A stretch of DNA of 64,000 nucleotides from a virus: positions 2,589 through 66,588 of IMG/VR virus record IMGVR_UViG_3300017767_000004; one strand, 5' to 3'. Below the pieces are notes generated by a model that saw only the letters and a program-made list of their open reading frames with translations, did no database searches and had not been told where the DNA came from. Shown piece after piece: positions 27,464 to 37,307 of the stretch. The first letter of the stretch is position 1. Each line of letters starts with the position of its first letter. The position numbers and the translations under genes were made by a program.

Positions 27464-30064
27464 ATGGATAAACAAGCTCTGAATAAAATTGCTAACGGGA
27501 ATGGTGGAGAAGGAGAGTTAAGTGTTGTATTGAACGACATGCTAACTTCAGGAAACAAATACCAACGCCTTATGGCTGAAGGAGCATCTGTAATGCTTCG
27601 AAGGAATCAAACTCCAAATCAAATAGCCTCAAAACTTCTTTCGGGAGAGGTCAAAAGCCCAAGACTCTATAACAGGAAATTAAGTGATTTTGCTAACATA
27701 TGGTCGGGTGATACTTACAAGGGCTGGGAGGACACCGAAGAAGGAAAGAAGGCAGAATACATTGGTATCTCAATCAATCGAAATAGAGGCCGTTCTGGAA
27801 GATACAAACCAGATAATATTGGACCAACAAACTTACCTCCTTGGCTAAAGCCAGGAGATATAACAATAACCAGAATAGGAGGGAGAGTAACAAGGTATGA
27901 TCCAGAAGTAAACCCTCCAAGAAACGCCATATTTATTGGATTAAAGCCAGGTGAAGAAGATAATTTTGATGTAGCCGCTTTACGTTATGAAATAATCAAT
28001 AAAATTCAAAATGATGAAATCCGACTTAGAGGGAGCGTAAAAAAGGCATTAAAGGCTTCCCAACTCAAAGATTTGGATATAAAACAGCCATCTTTAGATA
28101 AGCAAAAATCCTGGGCTAAGGCGCTCGAACTAAATGAAAGCCTCGTAGAGAAACAAAAAATGCAAGTTGAAATCCAAAGGGAAATGGGCAATTCCATAAT
28201 GCGAGATAAAAGATATAGGCCTGACTTCAAGCGTGTGTTTAACCTAAAAAACGAATCTAATATGACTGTTGACGAGGTAAATCAGGCTCAAGATACCGTA
28301 AATAGCATAGTCAACAATTATTTCACAGATAAGGAGATAAGGGAATTTCATAGACGCGGGGTTCACATGAAAATAGCGCCTTTACCCGAGGATATTGCAG
28401 GCCAAAACTACGGTAAAGAAGTCATATTTGACCCTTCAACGGTGAAGGCTGCAAACGGAATTACTGAAGATGTTGTGGTGCATGAACTGATCCACGCACA
28501 AAACAGATTTAGAGAAACAGATAATCCTAAAAAATACCTTAGAAAAGAGTCGGTAGTGGATACTGCCAAGGACATAGAGAACGATGCCGAGATAGAAGAA
28601 GCCGTGACAGAAGCAATGACGACTGCAAGGCTTCATACTTATGATAAATCATCAAATACAAACGCACCAAATGGCCCTAAAGAACTCTCAAGGAAATACA
28701 ATTCTATCTTCAAACGGATGGGGAATATGCGAGTCGAAGAATTGCCCTCGGGCGACCAAAGAAAAATCAAAGAAGCACTTGAAGAGCACTATAAAATGAC
28801 CGTACCAGATGAGTTAATATTCTCAGATAACGGATTTAATTATCGCCTCGATAACGATGAAAGCCGCCCGTCTGAAGGTTATTGGATATTCAATCTTTCA
28901 GACGCCTCCCCTGGGGCACCTAAAAATTTGGATGAAATGAGAGAGTTCGCTGACACATCACTTGAAGTAAACCTTCAAATGTTGATGGAAGGAGATGGAG
29001 CTGGGTTAGAAGATTACAGATATGACGCAATAGACAAATCAATGAAAGGCACTCTTGAATCACTACTTGATGAAATTGATGTTCAAGACGTAATCAATGC
29101 TGATAATCTCAGTGAAGCGAGGGAAATCGGCTCAAGAAGATACGCTTTCAGAGTCGATAGAAGAGAAAACGGGAACTCTGGGATAACCGAAAACGAGTTG
29201 CTGACCATTATGAATCCAACATTTATGACTGGAGAAGAAAGAGAAGTGGCTTTGTTGGGTGAAGACGATACGCTTGTCATTGATCCAATGTATGAAGAAT
29301 CAGGAAGGTTCGTAGTAAATCCATTTGACCAATACGGAGATGCATACTTAGAATTTCTTTCAACATTCCCACCAAGGGGTGTCGATTTAGCAACTGAAAT
29401 CGATACGACTTTAGGGGAAATGGAAAATCCACCAGGAGACACATTCATCGCTCACGGAACTTTTCAAGAATTAAACGGCCCGATAGAACAAACAGTTTTA
29501 GGGCATTTTGACAACGATGAAGAAGCACTTAGGCCTGAACTTTGGGAAAATTGGCAGGCTACTCTTAATCTTGATGCAGTCAGACGTGGAGATCCTCTTA
29601 ACTCCACATTAACGGACGCTGAAGTGATTAAGGTCGCCCCAAAGGACTTCAAATCTATTTGGGACATTCACCCCCTATACTTCGAAAAGGATGGATACCA
29701 ATATATCAAAAGCCATTACGATTCAGAAAGTCAAAAAATGATTTATAGAAATCGAACAAGAGACGCATCGAACGTTGACAACTGGATAGATGAAGAAGTA
29801 GGCTTCTATGCTCTCCCTAATTTGAATACTGATGAGATGTTTGACAACTTACAGGAAATGGATGGTTCGGTATTTCAAAGAATTTACAGTCGCTACAAAG
29901 ATAAAAGGCGGTTTTCCAGCAAATCCTTCGATAAAATAAATCGAGGGACAATGAATAAAGGCGCAGTTGGCTTAGTTGCTAAGCATGTCAAAAGATTAGG
30001 ATTCAATTATCGAACTGTACCGGTTAAAGGAGGAAAATACAACCTTTACATTAGGAAGAAGTGA
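27464..30064 (+). CDS. Large protein with zincin (HExxH) metallopeptidase motif and C-terminal shared module
   Basis: VVVHELIHAQ (nt 28481-28495) followed by EEAVTEAMT; C-terminal AVGLVAKHVKRLGFNYRTVPVKGGKYNLYIRKK. Confidence 0.75.
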   Translation: MDKQALNKIANGNGGEGELSVVLNDMLTSGNKYQRLMAEGASVMLRRNQTPNQIASKLLSGEVKSPRLYNRKLSDFANIWSGDTYKGWEDTEEGKKAEYIGISINRNRGRSGRYKPDNIGPTNLPPWLKPGDITITRIGGRVTRYDPEVNPPRNAIFIGLKPGEEDNFDVAALRYEIINKIQNDEIRLRGSVKKALKASQLKDLDIKQPSLDKQKSWAKALELNESLVEKQKMQVEIQREMGNSIMRDKRYRPDFKRVFNLKNESNMTVDEVNQAQDTVNSIVNNYFTDKEIREFHRRGVHMKIAPLPEDIAGQNYGKEVIFDPSTVKAANGITEDVVVHELIHAQNRFRETDNPKKYLRKESVVDTAKDIENDAEIEEAVTEAMTTARLHTYDKSSNTNAPNGPKELSRKYNSIFKRMGNMRVEELPSGDQRKIKEALEEHYKMTVPDELIFSDNGFNYRLDNDESRPSEGYWIFNLSDASPGAPKNLDEMREFADTSLEVNLQMLMEGDGAGLEDYRYDAIDKSMKGTLESLLDEIDVQDVINADNLSEAREIGSRRYAFRVDRRENGNSGITENELLTIMNPTFMTGEEREVALLGEDDTLVIDPMYEESGRFVVNPFDQYGDAYLEFLSTFPPRGVDLATEIDTTLGEMENPPGDTFIAHGTFQELNGPIEQTVLGHFDNDEEALRPELWENWQATLNLDAVRRGDPLNSTLTDAEVIKVAPKDFKSIWDIHPLYFEKDGYQYIKSHYDSESQKMIYRNRTRDASNVDNWIDEEVGFYALPNLNTDEMFDNLQEMDGSVFQRIYSRYKDKRRFSSKSFDKINRGTMNKGAVGLVAKHVKRLGFNYRTVPVKGGKYNLYIRKK

Positions 30065-30073
30065 GGTTTTGAC

Positions 30074-31795
30074 TTGCTACGAAGGAACATTGACGGCCAA
30101 AGATTCGTTGGCATTCAACAGAGATTTGATTTAAGTTCTGCTGAAAAAATTGCTTCGAAAATAAGGTCCAATGGATATAATGCCAGGGTTTTCAACTCTA
30201 AAGGAAAAAAAAGGATATATGTCGGTAACACCAAAGCGCCTCGACGATTTCTAAGGAGATTTGATGAAATCAGAGGACCAAACTCAGAGCCCACAGGAAC
30301 AGGAAGAATGCCTTGGTCGCCCCTTGGTAAAACAACTCGTCCTGATAGGTTTGGGAGCTATGATGGGATAAATACGGCAAAAGCGATTGAATACGTCAAC
30401 TGGAAAACAAATGCATACAAAAATAGCCCTGATTTAAGGTATGTAGTGGTGGGAGTCAACCAATATACCAAAAATCCAGCAGATCCACTGACGCCAACTG
30501 GAGCCCCTGCAATTCGGTTGAATGATAGGCCATATTTGTTATCAATCGGCCTTGTACCATCCTCTGTTGCATTACTTCAGTTGAAATCTCTTGGATTTGA
30601 GATAGGTCCTAATTCCCCCATCGCCAAATGGTATAATGAAGACAGGAGGCTAAGAGATGAATCTTGGCATTCGAATAATCTAAGAAACATTTCTTACCAT
30701 TTGGAAAACCAAATGAAAACTACGAGAAATGTCGCTGAGACGTTAGCAATGACAAAAGATAAGGCCTGGGGCAGTTACTTAGGCAATATTGAACAGCAAT
30801 ATTGGTATGAGCCAGTTTACAAAATAGGGCCTTCAGACATAGCAGGCAATCCACTTGCAGGCGGCGATTTCCAAGAATACCCAAAAGAAGGGTTCTCTCC
30901 ATTATTCACCCTCGACCCAACCTTCAGGGCTCAAAGGCTGTCGGACTTTTTACCAGACATTCATTTCTATATGGACGACAATGAGATAGAGGAATGGATC
31001 AGCAAGGTAAACAGTCGGTCAATGGGGCAGAATTACGATAGAGATGCTACTGAGGGCTACCTGCCCAATGAAAAATCACTATATAGGGAGCCAAATGAAG
31101 ATATAGCACTTCCATCGTTCAAACCCAATTACCAAAAACTGTTTGATAGAGGTTATGAAGGTTCAAGAATGATATTTGACGATTTCACATACGATTTTTT
31201 GAATTTGCAAAGGGCTCAATGGGGCAATTCGAAAACGGAGGATTGGCGAGACCCGTACAAACCGTTCAATTTTTTGCCTTATTTTAGTAAAGAATTGGAA
31301 CTCAATGAAACGACTCAGTATGAAAATTGGCCGAACGGTATAGACACATTAAACCAAAAAGAAGTACGCAAATCTTTCCCTTCAATGTGGCTTGATTGGA
31401 ACTTAGAAGTGCAACAAACCTTAGAATCGTATGCCAGATTTAGAGATAAAGACTTTGAGAAATCCACCGATTTTATTATGCCTTCATTTGAGAATGAAAA
31501 ATTGGATAGGTTGCTTGAGATGGTCCCTCGACTTTCTATGGGTGAGGAAAATAACCCGAACGTCCTACAAAGAGCAAAAGACACTATTGATGAAATAAGC
31601 GATAGCATCGATAACAATAAGATATTGATAAATCTAAGAGACGGCGATGGCTCTCCAACAAACATATCAGGAAATTGGAGTGAACCGTCGCCCTGGCAGT
31701 CAGCATATGACTTCGATTGGATCAAAGACTCGAAACAAATACATTCGATGGGAGTTTCAAATAAGATGGTTGAATTAAGGCGGGTGCTTGGATGA
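30074..31795 (+). CDS. Hypothetical protein with N-terminal shared module
   Basis: RRNIDGQRF...AEKIASKIRSNGYNARVFNSKGKKRIYVG; TTG start after GAGGT. Confidence 0.85.
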   Translation: MLRRNIDGQRFVGIQQRFDLSSAEKIASKIRSNGYNARVFNSKGKKRIYVGNTKAPRRFLRRFDEIRGPNSEPTGTGRMPWSPLGKTTRPDRFGSYDGINTAKAIEYVNWKTNAYKNSPDLRYVVVGVNQYTKNPADPLTPTGAPAIRLNDRPYLLSIGLVPSSVALLQLKSLGFEIGPNSPIAKWYNEDRRLRDESWHSNNLRNISYHLENQMKTTRNVAETLAMTKDKAWGSYLGNIEQQYWYEPVYKIGPSDIAGNPLAGGDFQEYPKEGFSPLFTLDPTFRAQRLSDFLPDIHFYMDDNEIEEWISKVNSRSMGQNYDRDATEGYLPNEKSLYREPNEDIALPSFKPNYQKLFDRGYEGSRMIFDDFTYDFLNLQRAQWGNSKTEDWRDPYKPFNFLPYFSKELELNETTQYENWPNGIDTLNQKEVRKSFPSMWLDWNLEVQQTLESYARFRDKDFEKSTDFIMPSFENEKLDRLLEMVPRLSMGEENNPNVLQRAKDTIDEISDSIDNNKILINLRDGDGSPTNISGNWSEPSPWQSAYDFDWIKDSKQIHSMGVSNKMVELRRVLG

Positions 31796-31797
31796 AG

Positions 31798-31856
31798 TGT
31801 GATTATTGCTTGTTTTTAATGGATATTTTCAAAGGCAACAGGGGGCTGAATTAGGC
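31798..31856 (+). promoter_or_regulatory. Bipartite promoter, copy 5
   Basis: TGTGATTATTGCT at 31798, TTTTCAAA at 31826, GGC-ATG at 31857. Confidence 0.7.
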
Positions 31857-32942
31857 ATGGCTGACCGTCCTAAGCGTCCGAGATACTGGGAATCGGGCAG
31901 GAATCCCGTTTTGACCAGTCGTAAAATTGACGGTCTAACGTATAGACGGGATGAAAGAGTGGGCATCGTTTCAAAGGCCGAGGCAATTAAGGCAGCAAAC
32001 GCTATCCGCATGTCTGACCTAAACGCCCGAGTAATACCTGTTAAACGCTCAACTGATGGCAAAAGCAGTACAATCGGGTATGAAGTTTGGGCTTCGAGAA
32101 AGAAGGAATACTTCGACAGTTTGATGGCTAATTCTTCAAAAAGAAACCTTGCCAGGGCGTATAATGCTCACCGAGTCGGGCACAAGTCTGTATTAGTTTA
32201 TGCTGATGAGTTGGCAAGGTTGGGTAGAGTAAAGAATACTGGACGGAAAAACTGGATAGGTCGAAGAAAAAGAACCAAAGCAGACAGACTAAACCAAAAG
32301 GAAGCCGAAGATTTCCTTGAAATTCAAGAGAAACTTATTCGTGAAACTGGTAAAACCGAGGATGAAGCGACACTGGAAGCAATAAAATTCGCCAAAAGCA
32401 ATCGAAAGGCCAGAGAGTCGGCTCGAGAGAAAAAGAAGCGTGATGAGAAGTTGGATTTAGAAGTTGCAATTGCTGAAGAAGAAGCGCGTCTTGCAGTATT
32501 TACAGATGATAAAAGACGATATGAAGCAGATATTCCGGCAAGAGAGATTTTGAGATATAACTCATTAGAGCTTGCCGGAATTGGAATCGGCACTACTGCC
32601 GGTTATGCAATAGCAAGCGGTTTTTCCCTTGCAGCATTCCCATTGATCCCAATAGCCACAGCAACAGGCTTCGTTGCTGCCAAAGCAACAAGAGGTAATT
32701 GGGGCAACGTAGGTTTGAAGCCTGGAGTGAATGCCGCTATTGACTGGACAGATGACACAGTTTCGTCGCTCGCCCAGTCATTAAGGGCATCAAAAGATGA
32801 TGAAACCTTCGAATCCTCTAATTTATGGAAAAATGTACCAATTGTTAGGCGACCAGGGAAGAGGCCGTCGAAGGCCGTTAAAACAAAAGCCGAGGCTCAA
32901 ATCAAAAAATTGAAACAAAAGCAAAAGAAAAAGAAGAAGTGA
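31857..32942 (+). CDS. Basic protein with N-terminal shared module, coiled coil and hydrophobic hairpin
   Basis: RKIDGLTY...AIKAANAIRMSDLNARVIP; LAGIGIGTTAGYAIASGFSLAAFPLIPIATATGFVAA; Lys-rich tail. Confidence 0.8.
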   Translation: MADRPKRPRYWESGRNPVLTSRKIDGLTYRRDERVGIVSKAEAIKAANAIRMSDLNARVIPVKRSTDGKSSTIGYEVWASRKKEYFDSLMANSSKRNLARAYNAHRVGHKSVLVYADELARLGRVKNTGRKNWIGRRKRTKADRLNQKEAEDFLEIQEKLIRETGKTEDEATLEAIKFAKSNRKARESAREKKKRDEKLDLEVAIAEEEARLAVFTDDKRRYEADIPAREILRYNSLELAGIGIGTTAGYAIASGFSLAAFPLIPIATATGFVAAKATRGNWGNVGLKPGVNAAIDWTDDTVSSLAQSLRASKDDETFESSNLWKNVPIVRRPGKRPSKAVKTKAEAQIKKLKQKQKKKKK

Positions 32943-32951
32943 GGTGCAAAC

Positions 32952-34352
32952 TTGACTTCGATACGACACTTTGACAAAAAGCCATTTTTACGGATTGCTA
33001 AAGCAAGCAAAAACAGATCCATGCAAAATGTAGCAAACACCTTACGGAATAGGGGATATAATGCAAGAATCATTCAAAATGTTCATTCACAATCTCTATA
33101 CGTTCGCCCACGGCGATATTACGCACCGATACCAGAAACCGACCCAATGAGAATGGCAACATTCCCGATTGCTTTGGTTAGAGCAACATCAGAAGGTTAT
33201 AGTGAGAATCCCAATATGATTTTGACTAATCCAAAAGTTGCGGATAAAGTCGCAAGGATGCTCACAGGCGTTGGTGGAATGACGGATTTGGGCGATATTG
33301 ATGGATTGTCCCAAGATGTGTTAGATTTGTATTCAAATAATCAAGCATTGATTGATGGTCAAACTGATGAGGTTTACGACTATATTCAAAGATTGAAAAA
33401 TGACGCTCGAGAAATTGCCTTGCTTGAGTATCAAAGCCAGCGAATAAAAGAAGACCTGACCAATCAACAGTTTTCCAAAGGCGGGACAAATTTAACAGAA
33501 GACCAATGGAATGTGATTCAAAGCCATCCTAAATTGGCAAACTTGCTTAGTGGGCCAAAAGGAGCAGCATTGACTCAATGGCTTACGATTAGTGGCTTAC
33601 TCGCAAAATTAGAAGGCGACGTTACTGGCGTTTCTATGGATTGGAAAGATTATGATTTGAAGGAAATGAATGGAATGATTTCCCTCGTTTCCAATTCAGG
33701 ACAGGTGTTAGGTGAATATGATAAGCGGGAATTCGCTGAGTATTTTGCATCAATAACACCCCTCGCAAATGAGGCTTTCAAGCGTGATTTTGTATTATTT
33801 TTAAGGAAAGAGGGCAAATCAGAACATAGTTTCTTGGCATCGCTTCTTACCGATGATTTGCAAGCAAGCAAGAAAGAGCTTGAATACTGGAATTGGGACG
33901 GTTGGGACGCCGAATCAATTCAGGATGTATTTGATGAAGGCCGTTCTGGATTCAAAACAGAGAAAGTCGATGATACTGTGGTGAAATACGAGGATGAAGG
34001 ATTCAAAATTGTAATTGATCCAGCCAATTTAGTCGATTTACTTGGTAAACTTGGAATTAAAGCAGAATTGCAGAGAGGTTATTCCAGGTCAAAGTTTGTC
34101 CAATCCACACGTCAGTTTTCAAGCAATAATAGCGCCAGGGGTAAAATCGCAGAATATATGTTTGACAGGAAAATGAAAGGCCATAATGTTGTTCGAACTG
34201 ACGATGTTCAAGCTCACCTTTCAAGAAACATGAAAAAACCACCAGTAATGGCTCAAACAAGTAAATTCTTGTCGCAGGATGGACGTTTTGATGACGTCGG
34301 ATACAACAAGAAAGTCAAACTTTGGTCGATTAAAGACGGTGGTATTCGATAA
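32952..34352 (+). CDS. Protein with N-terminal shared module and C-terminal winged-helix-like domain
   Basis: MQNVANTLRNRGYNARII...LYVRP; C-terminal VMAQTSKFLSQDGRFDDVG...LWSIK resembles the 6251-6508 product. Confidence 0.8.
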   Translation: MTSIRHFDKKPFLRIAKASKNRSMQNVANTLRNRGYNARIIQNVHSQSLYVRPRRYYAPIPETDPMRMATFPIALVRATSEGYSENPNMILTNPKVADKVARMLTGVGGMTDLGDIDGLSQDVLDLYSNNQALIDGQTDEVYDYIQRLKNDAREIALLEYQSQRIKEDLTNQQFSKGGTNLTEDQWNVIQSHPKLANLLSGPKGAALTQWLTISGLLAKLEGDVTGVSMDWKDYDLKEMNGMISLVSNSGQVLGEYDKREFAEYFASITPLANEAFKRDFVLFLRKEGKSEHSFLASLLTDDLQASKKELEYWNWDGWDAESIQDVFDEGRSGFKTEKVDDTVVKYEDEGFKIVIDPANLVDLLGKLGIKAELQRGYSRSKFVQSTRQFSSNNSARGKIAEYMFDRKMKGHNVVRTDDVQAHLSRNMKKPPVMAQTSKFLSQDGRFDDVGYNKKVKLWSIKDGGIR

Positions 34353-36115
34353 TGGACAGGCCGTATAAAATATATCTCGAAAGGACTTACTTGCCAAGCG
34401 GCATAGGTCAGAAGGTTGACTTGTCGAGCACTTTCGAGTGGGTCCCTTCTTCGGGCAGTGAACTACTCGAAGAGGATTTGATTTACGGCGGAGTGCATTT
34501 TGCATTTGTAAATGATGATGGAATCAAAGAGGGTGGCCTAACAGTTGCGAGAGAGGATCACCGAGGATTTCTCGGCTCAAATGTAATGTTGGGCTACAAC
34601 CCCTATGGATGGGGTGGCGATGAGGTCAAACTTAGAGGCACTTCATTTGCAGGGTTGCCATTGAGGGTCATGGAAAAAGAATTAAAAAATCTGTTAGAAA
34701 AAACTGCAGTTGTCGATAGTTTGGATAGCGAGGTGATTGCAAGGACAATTGAATATCTGCCATATGCTCCAGCGGTGCTTGATTACAACGATACAATAGC
34801 AATACTTGAAGATGAAGAGACGGGAATGGGAGACATATTGGACAAAATCATAGACCCAGCAGCGGGATATTTTCCTGGTAAAGATTTTGATGATGATTTC
34901 GACGTTCTTGATTTTAGAATTGATAGGGGTTGGACTGATGAGGAAAAGAAAAGATTGACCGAAATTATTTTTGAAAATGATGCCTATTTCACAAAAGATT
35001 ACTATGGACGCAAAATAACAAACCCAGGCATAATGGAAGAAGAAATGCTTGATGTTGTGCTAAAAGCAATGACTGATGTTGATTATGAGTTAGTAAAAAA
35101 TTGGCTGGCAGGAAAACAAAGCAGGTTTAGCGTAATGGATCAAGAGGGTTTTCTTGATTTGTACACGCGTTTAGGCAATACTTACATTCGCTCGATGGAT
35201 TATGGCCGTGAATACTTAGACTGGTTGCAATCAGACGGTTTTACGAAGAATCACCCCGAACTAACAAATGTTCTTCTTGAAAAATTGTACGAGCAAGATG
35301 TTAGGTGGCCGGATGGAGGACCCATGGTTGTCCAGGGGACAAAATATGATGGTCGGCAGGTTTTGGAGTTTGGAGAAACCGATTACGATAGATTTTCTCA
35401 ATTAGGCATTGTTTTAGAAACTAAAGCTGCTCAGGAAATGGGTTTTGATGAACATTACCAATCTGTTCTGGCAGGTATTTTGAGGCTACTATCAACACCA
35501 ACGGATTTTGGAGAACGGAGTTATGTTGGCGTGGATGGGCGAACAATAAGAAAAAACTTAGCCGATCAACTAAGAATCATGCAGCCAAACACTGATGTAT
35601 TCCAAACCAATGCTGAACGACGAAACAATACTCCGATTGATATAAACTCTCAATTTCCACCTGGGCAGAAGAAGGATACTATGGGCTCAAGGTTGAGGCA
35701 AGACCGAGAATATTTTAGGTATATCAACGGTAAACGATATATGGGTTCAAGACCGCTTCAAGACGCACCCCAAGTAGCAAATATCCTTAGAAAAATAGGA
35801 TACAATGCACGAATAATCCCTACGTCTAAGGGTAAAAGGGTTTATTTCGCCAAGAAGGAAAAAATTCCCTCATGCGTATCAAAGGCGGCAATTAACTCAG
35901 GTGTTTCTAAGGACGCTTTGTATCAAAGTTTCCGAAGAGGTTATGGCGCTGCGATTACCAATCCCGAAAGCGTTAGAAACAAATTCACAGGTAAGAAACG
36001 CCGTGGAGGTTGGCCGATAAATGTTCGATACAGTCCTACGGCTTGGGGTTGTGCAAGGGCAAAAAAATTAGCGAGGCTTGGAAAGAATGCTGGGTATGAC
36101 AAAGATTTGCTTTGA
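34352..36115 (+). CDS. Acidic protein with sub-terminal shared module and C-terminal DUF5824-like domain
   Basis: RYINGKRY...QVANILRKIGYNARIIPTSKGKRVYF; then KAAINSGVSKDALYQSFRRGYGA...PTAWGCAR...YDKDLL. Confidence 0.8.
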   Translation: MDRPYKIYLERTYLPSGIGQKVDLSSTFEWVPSSGSELLEEDLIYGGVHFAFVNDDGIKEGGLTVAREDHRGFLGSNVMLGYNPYGWGGDEVKLRGTSFAGLPLRVMEKELKNLLEKTAVVDSLDSEVIARTIEYLPYAPAVLDYNDTIAILEDEETGMGDILDKIIDPAAGYFPGKDFDDDFDVLDFRIDRGWTDEEKKRLTEIIFENDAYFTKDYYGRKITNPGIMEEEMLDVVLKAMTDVDYELVKNWLAGKQSRFSVMDQEGFLDLYTRLGNTYIRSMDYGREYLDWLQSDGFTKNHPELTNVLLEKLYEQDVRWPDGGPMVVQGTKYDGRQVLEFGETDYDRFSQLGIVLETKAAQEMGFDEHYQSVLAGILRLLSTPTDFGERSYVGVDGRTIRKNLADQLRIMQPNTDVFQTNAERRNNTPIDINSQFPPGQKKDTMGSRLRQDREYFRYINGKRYMGSRPLQDAPQVANILRKIGYNARIIPTSKGKRVYFAKKEKIPSCVSKAAINSGVSKDALYQSFRRGYGAAITNPESVRNKFTGKKRRGGWPINVRYSPTAWGCARAKKLARLGKNAGYDKDLL

Positions 36116-36143
36116 TTCGGTTGAAACCAGACTCCGCAAAAAG

Positions 36144-36202
36144 TGTGCTGTTTTCATTAAACTATACGGTGAATTGATAATTAGAAAGGGATAAACTGGT
36201 TT
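36144..36202 (+). promoter_or_regulatory. Bipartite promoter, copy 6
   Basis: AAGTGTG (TGTG at 36144), AATTGATA at 36172, ATG at 36203. Confidence 0.65.
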
Positions 36203-36682
36203 ATGGCTGGCAATTCATACGGCGACGGCGAATTTCTGTTCGAGCGATTTGGCTTGACGGCAGAGCAAGAAAATGATTTCCTCAATATAATCATTTTACC
36301 TTTGACTCTCTGGTTTTTCGTTGTGATTTTGGGGCTATTTACAGGTTCTCCTTGGAACTCAATAGGAGAAGGTTACGACTATTTGTACGATTCTTGGATT
36401 GGGGGCTTTGCATCCCTATATTTTTGGTTTTCTTTTAGCATATTTATCATCATCACATCGTTGTCAGCTCTTTCGATTCTTATTTCAAGAGATCAATATT
36501 TTTTAGCGGTTCTTGTTGGATTAAGTGGTGGGCTTTTAGCACTGTTTGTTTACACTATCGAAGTTCAAGCGCAGATTTACAAGAGAGATAGGCCGTTTGC
36601 TTATACTGCTTTCAATTGGGCGGTTATAGCAGTCCTTTTGATATGGTTATTTGGTTCTGGCACTGCTACGCTGGAGGTTTGA
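36203..36682 (+). CDS. Membrane protein (4 TM)
   Basis: Four hydrophobic helices. Confidence 0.75.
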   Translation: MAGNSYGDGEFLFERFGLTAEQENDFLNIIILPLTLWFFVVILGLFTGSPWNSIGEGYDYLYDSWIGGFASLYFWFSFSIFIIITSLSALSILISRDQYFLAVLVGLSGGLLALFVYTIEVQAQIYKRDRPFAYTAFNWAVIAVLLIWLFGSGTATLEV

Positions 36683-36684
36683 TT

Positions 36685-37302
36685 ATGAGCGATTACGATG
36701 ACGATGAAGGCTTGGAAACTGATGAAATCATCATTGTTGTCGGAATCCTTGGTCTTGGAGTATTGATCGTTGGCGCTGCTTTTCTATTCGATTTACTGAA
36801 TGTGGCTTCATGGGGCTTTACTGAATGGTCATCCCTTGGCATTATGGCAACTATTGTCATTGGCCTGTTTGTTGCTGTCGTCCTCGGTTCAGATGATGAG
36901 GGCGAGCAGGGAGGCGTATTCACTTCATATGGATTCGCTCTTACCATGGGGTTCTTAGTAATCGGACTAATTGCCATTCAGACTAACCTTTTTGGGCTCA
37001 TCCAAGACAATTCTATTTTGCTTGATTTGGACGGTGATGGTTCGGGAGATATACAATCGGGCCAACTTCCTGATGGATATGTTGACTACGGAGAGCCGCA
37101 ACCATATGGCTTCGGTAACTATGGTCCTAAAAATGATGGATTGCTGACAGATGCAGAGGGTTGTGCAGGAGGTGCTGCGGCAGGCTTTGCTCTTGGAATT
37201 TGGGCAGGCCCAGGTGCCATCATTGGTGCTGCGGCAGGTTGTGCGTTAGGTTATTTCACGTCATCTTCTGATTTTGACGGTGACCCAACTACGGGATGGT
37301 GA
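36685..37302 (+). CDS. Membrane protein (3 TM) with C-terminal glycine zipper
   Basis: ATG 36685 after GGAGGT; GCAGGAAAGFALGIWAGPGAIIGAAAGCALGYF. Confidence 0.75.
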   Translation: MSDYDDDEGLETDEIIIVVGILGLGVLIVGAAFLFDLLNVASWGFTEWSSLGIMATIVIGLFVAVVLGSDDEGEQGGVFTSYGFALTMGFLVIGLIAIQTNLFGLIQDNSILLDLDGDGSGDIQSGQLPDGYVDYGEPQPYGFGNYGPKNDGLLTDAEGCAGGAAAGFALGIWAGPGAIIGAAAGCALGYFTSSSDFDGDPTTGW

Positions 37303-37307
37303 ATAAT

